A DNA stretch of 24,000 nt from Desulfitobacterium sp. (GTDB lineage: Bacteria > Bacillota > Desulfitobacteriia > Desulfitobacteriales > Desulfitobacteriaceae), in assembly GCF_035539115.1 (NCBI RefSeq), contig NZ_DATLJA010000011.1, forward strand, positions 20,564 to 44,563. The letters run 5' to 3'. This document shows positions 22,401 to 24,000 of this stretch, piece by piece. Each line of letters opens with the position of its first letter. Position 1 is the stretch's first letter. The position numbers were made by a program, and so were the translations under genes. The notes under the pieces were generated by a model, which was not told the origin of the DNA, made no database searches, and worked only from the letters and a program-made list of their open reading frames with translations.

Positions 22401-23684
22401 TTATACGTTACCGGTGAAAGTCAGGTAAAGCAGAACCGTATTTAAACCGACAATGACACTCGTAATTACCCAACCGGCGACCTTGGTTAGAGGTTGATTG
22501 ACTAAGCTACCCATTAAGTCTTTACGACTGGTGATCCATAACATTGGCACAATGGCGAACGGAAGGGCGAAGCTTAATACAACTTGGCTTATTACTAAGG
22601 CACTCATAGGGTTGACACCTAATGCAATGATAATCAAAGCCGGGGTCATTGTAATTAATCTTCGAAGATTAATGGGGATAGTCAATCCAACGAAGCCTTT
22701 CATAATGGTTTGCCCAGCCATGGTACCCACTGCTGAGGACGACAAACCCGATGCCAACAAAGCAATCCCAAAAACTCCACTCGATAGTGGCCCGAGAAGA
22801 GGTTCTAATGATTTGTGTGCTTGTTCAATCGTATCCACAACCATACCATTTCTGAAAAATACTGCAGCAGATACGATGACCATTGCGGCATTAACGATAA
22901 ACGCAATATTCATAGCGATGGCAATGTCGATTCGCTCCATACGTAAATGATTGCGTTTTTGTTCATCAGTATAATCCTTTTTATTTCTGGTCTGAACCAA
23001 CTGCGAGTGAAGATATATTACGTGAGGCATTACCGTTGCCCCGAGCATTCCAACCGCTAATAATACGGCTTCGCCATTAGGAAGTGACGGAATTAGGGTG
23101 TGCATGCCCGCCTGTGTCCAATCTGGCTTAGCCAAAAACAGTTCAATAGTATACCCAATAGTTATAACCGCCACCAAAGCACCAATAATCCACTCGACGA
23201 CCCTTTGACCATATTTCTCCATGTATACGATTAAGAAAGTAAGAACACCAGTAAGTAGACCAGCATAAATCATGGGGATATGGAATAGCAAATACAAGCC
23301 TAATGTTCCGCCAAGAAACTCAGCCAAATCAGTAGCCATAGCTGCAAATTCAGCCTCAAGCCAGAAAAACCAATTGGTCTTTTTCGAGAAAACCTTTGAG
23401 CACATCTCCGGCAGGTTATGCCCTGTAGCTATCCCAAGCTTGGCTGACATACTCTGGAGAAAGATAGCCATCAGGTTACTCCAGAGAATCACCCATACCA
23501 AGTTGTAGTTGAATTGAGAACCGCCACTGATGTTAGTCGCAAAATTACCGGGGTCAATGTAAGCAACACTAACTATAAACGCCGGACCTATATACTTGAG
23601 TCGACCTTTAACCTTTACCAGCCAAGTATCTTTTGGCAATGGCAGTGTAAGCGATGTTTTGGATAAATTAATACCTTCGCTCAT
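22401..23684 (-). CDS. mntH: Nramp-family divalent metal (Mn2+/Fe2+):H+ symporter MntH
   Basis: It carries the Nramp signature (AYIDPGNFATNISGGSQFNY, GATVMPHVIYLHS) and 11-12 TM segments. The start is taken at ATG 23684 (MSEGINL...), 6 nt after TGGGGGT. The listed ATG 23723 lacks an RBS. Confidence 0.9.
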   Translation of the reverse strand: MSEGINLSKTSLTLPLPKDTWLVKVKGRLKYIGPAFIVSVAYIDPGNFATNISGGSQFNYNLVWVILWSNLMAIFLQSMSAKLGIATGHNLPEMCSKVFSKKTNWFFWLEAEFAAMATDLAEFLGGTLGLYLLFHIPMIYAGLLTGVLTFLIVYMEKYGQRVVEWIIGALVAVITIGYTIELFLAKPDWTQAGMHTLIPSLPNGEAVLLAVGMLGATVMPHVIYLHSQLVQTRNKKDYTDEQKRNHLRMERIDIAIAMNIAFIVNAAMVIVSAAVFFRNGMVVDTIEQAHKSLEPLLGPLSSGVFGIALLASGLSSSAVGTMAGQTIMKGFVGLTIPINLRRLITMTPALIIIALGVNPMSALVISQVVLSFALPFAIVPMLWITSRKDLMGSLVNQPLTKVAGWVITSVIVGLNTVLLYLTFTGNV

Positions 23685-23788
23685 TTTGATACCCCCAGTT
23701 TTTCTACTAGAGTCATAAAGCATGTTGAAAGAATATACTGATATAACTAACCAGTATACTTATAAGGTGAGAAAGATTTTCACCTCAA

Positions 23789-23803
23789 TGCTTAAGTTAA
23801 GCA
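23789..23803. promoter_or_regulatory. 15-bp perfect palindrome TGCTTAAGTTAAGCA, candidate MntR operator in the mntH/mntR divergent region
   Basis: Read directly from the sequence. It lies between the divergent mntH and mntR starts. A second imperfect palindrome, GGTGAGAAAGATTTTCACC, is at 23766-23784. Assignment to MntR is inference. Confidence 0.35.
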
Positions 23804-23860
23804 ATTCTTAGCTCAAACGGCCCACAAGTAATTAAAGGTGAAGCAAAGGAAGTGAGGCAT

Positions 23861-24000
23861 ATGCTAACACCTAGCTTAGAAGACTACTTAGAGGAAATAT
23901 ATCGGTTTTCGTTATCCCTTGATACCGTTCGGGTAACGGACATCAGTAACAGGCTAAAAGTTGCTTTGCCCTCTGTTACCAAAGCCCTCTACAAATTAAG
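23861..24000 (+). CDS. mntR: DtxR/MntR-family manganese-responsive repressor, N-terminal part; 3' end lies outside the window
   Basis: The ATG follows AAGGAAGTGAGG. The product MLTPSLEDYLEEIYRFSLSLDTVRVTDISNRLKVALPSVTKALYKL matches the typical MntR/DtxR N-terminal HTH (T.S.EDYLE.IY). It is open to the window end. Confidence 0.85.
   Translation, partial: MLTPSLEDYLEEIYRFSLSLDTVRVTDISNRLKVALPSVTKALYKL

Noticed and set aside
23685-23723. Upstream ATG 23723 as the mntH start
   Set aside because: It has no Shine-Dalgarno sequence. ATG 23684 has TGGGGGT at optimal spacing and gives a typical Nramp N-terminus.

Overview
This window looks like chromosome from a low-GC Gram-positive anaerobe. Gene content resembles Peptococcaceae/Desulfitobacteriaceae such as Desulfitobacterium or Desulfosporosinus, but the taxon is inference only. 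The main result is a complete mercury-methylation locus: an ArsR-family regulator, hgcA with the NVWCAAGK cap-helix motif, and hgcB, a 2x[4Fe-4S] ferredoxin ending in CC. It is transcribed divergently from a small Cys-rich protein of unknown function. The locus sits among corrinoid-related genes: a RACo-like reductive activator at the 5' edge, and a cobT-cobU-cobS operon behind a canonical cobalamin riboswitch. A second theme is manganese: a TerC gene behind a yybP-ykoY riboswitch, a second yybP-ykoY riboswitch with no transporter downstream (next gene pspA), and mntH with divergent mntR. Other genes are an ArsP-like permease, a TipAS-type MerR regulator, glycerate kinase, acyl-ACP thioesterase, PspA, a Tim44-like protein, a TVP38/DedA-like protein, a GAF-GGDEF cyclase and a DUF815 ATPase. 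There are four decay products: a 5'-truncated and frameshifted NorB-like gene, a LolA-like fragment, and an Nramp C-terminal remnant fused head-to-head to a frameshifted RHS/YD-repeat C-terminal remnant. The least explained sequence is the 525-bp ORF-free cobT-cobU spacer, which holds a decaying ~50-bp tandem repeat and a nested-helix candidate RNA with B12-box-like motifs. All functional calls rest on motifs read by eye, with no database search.
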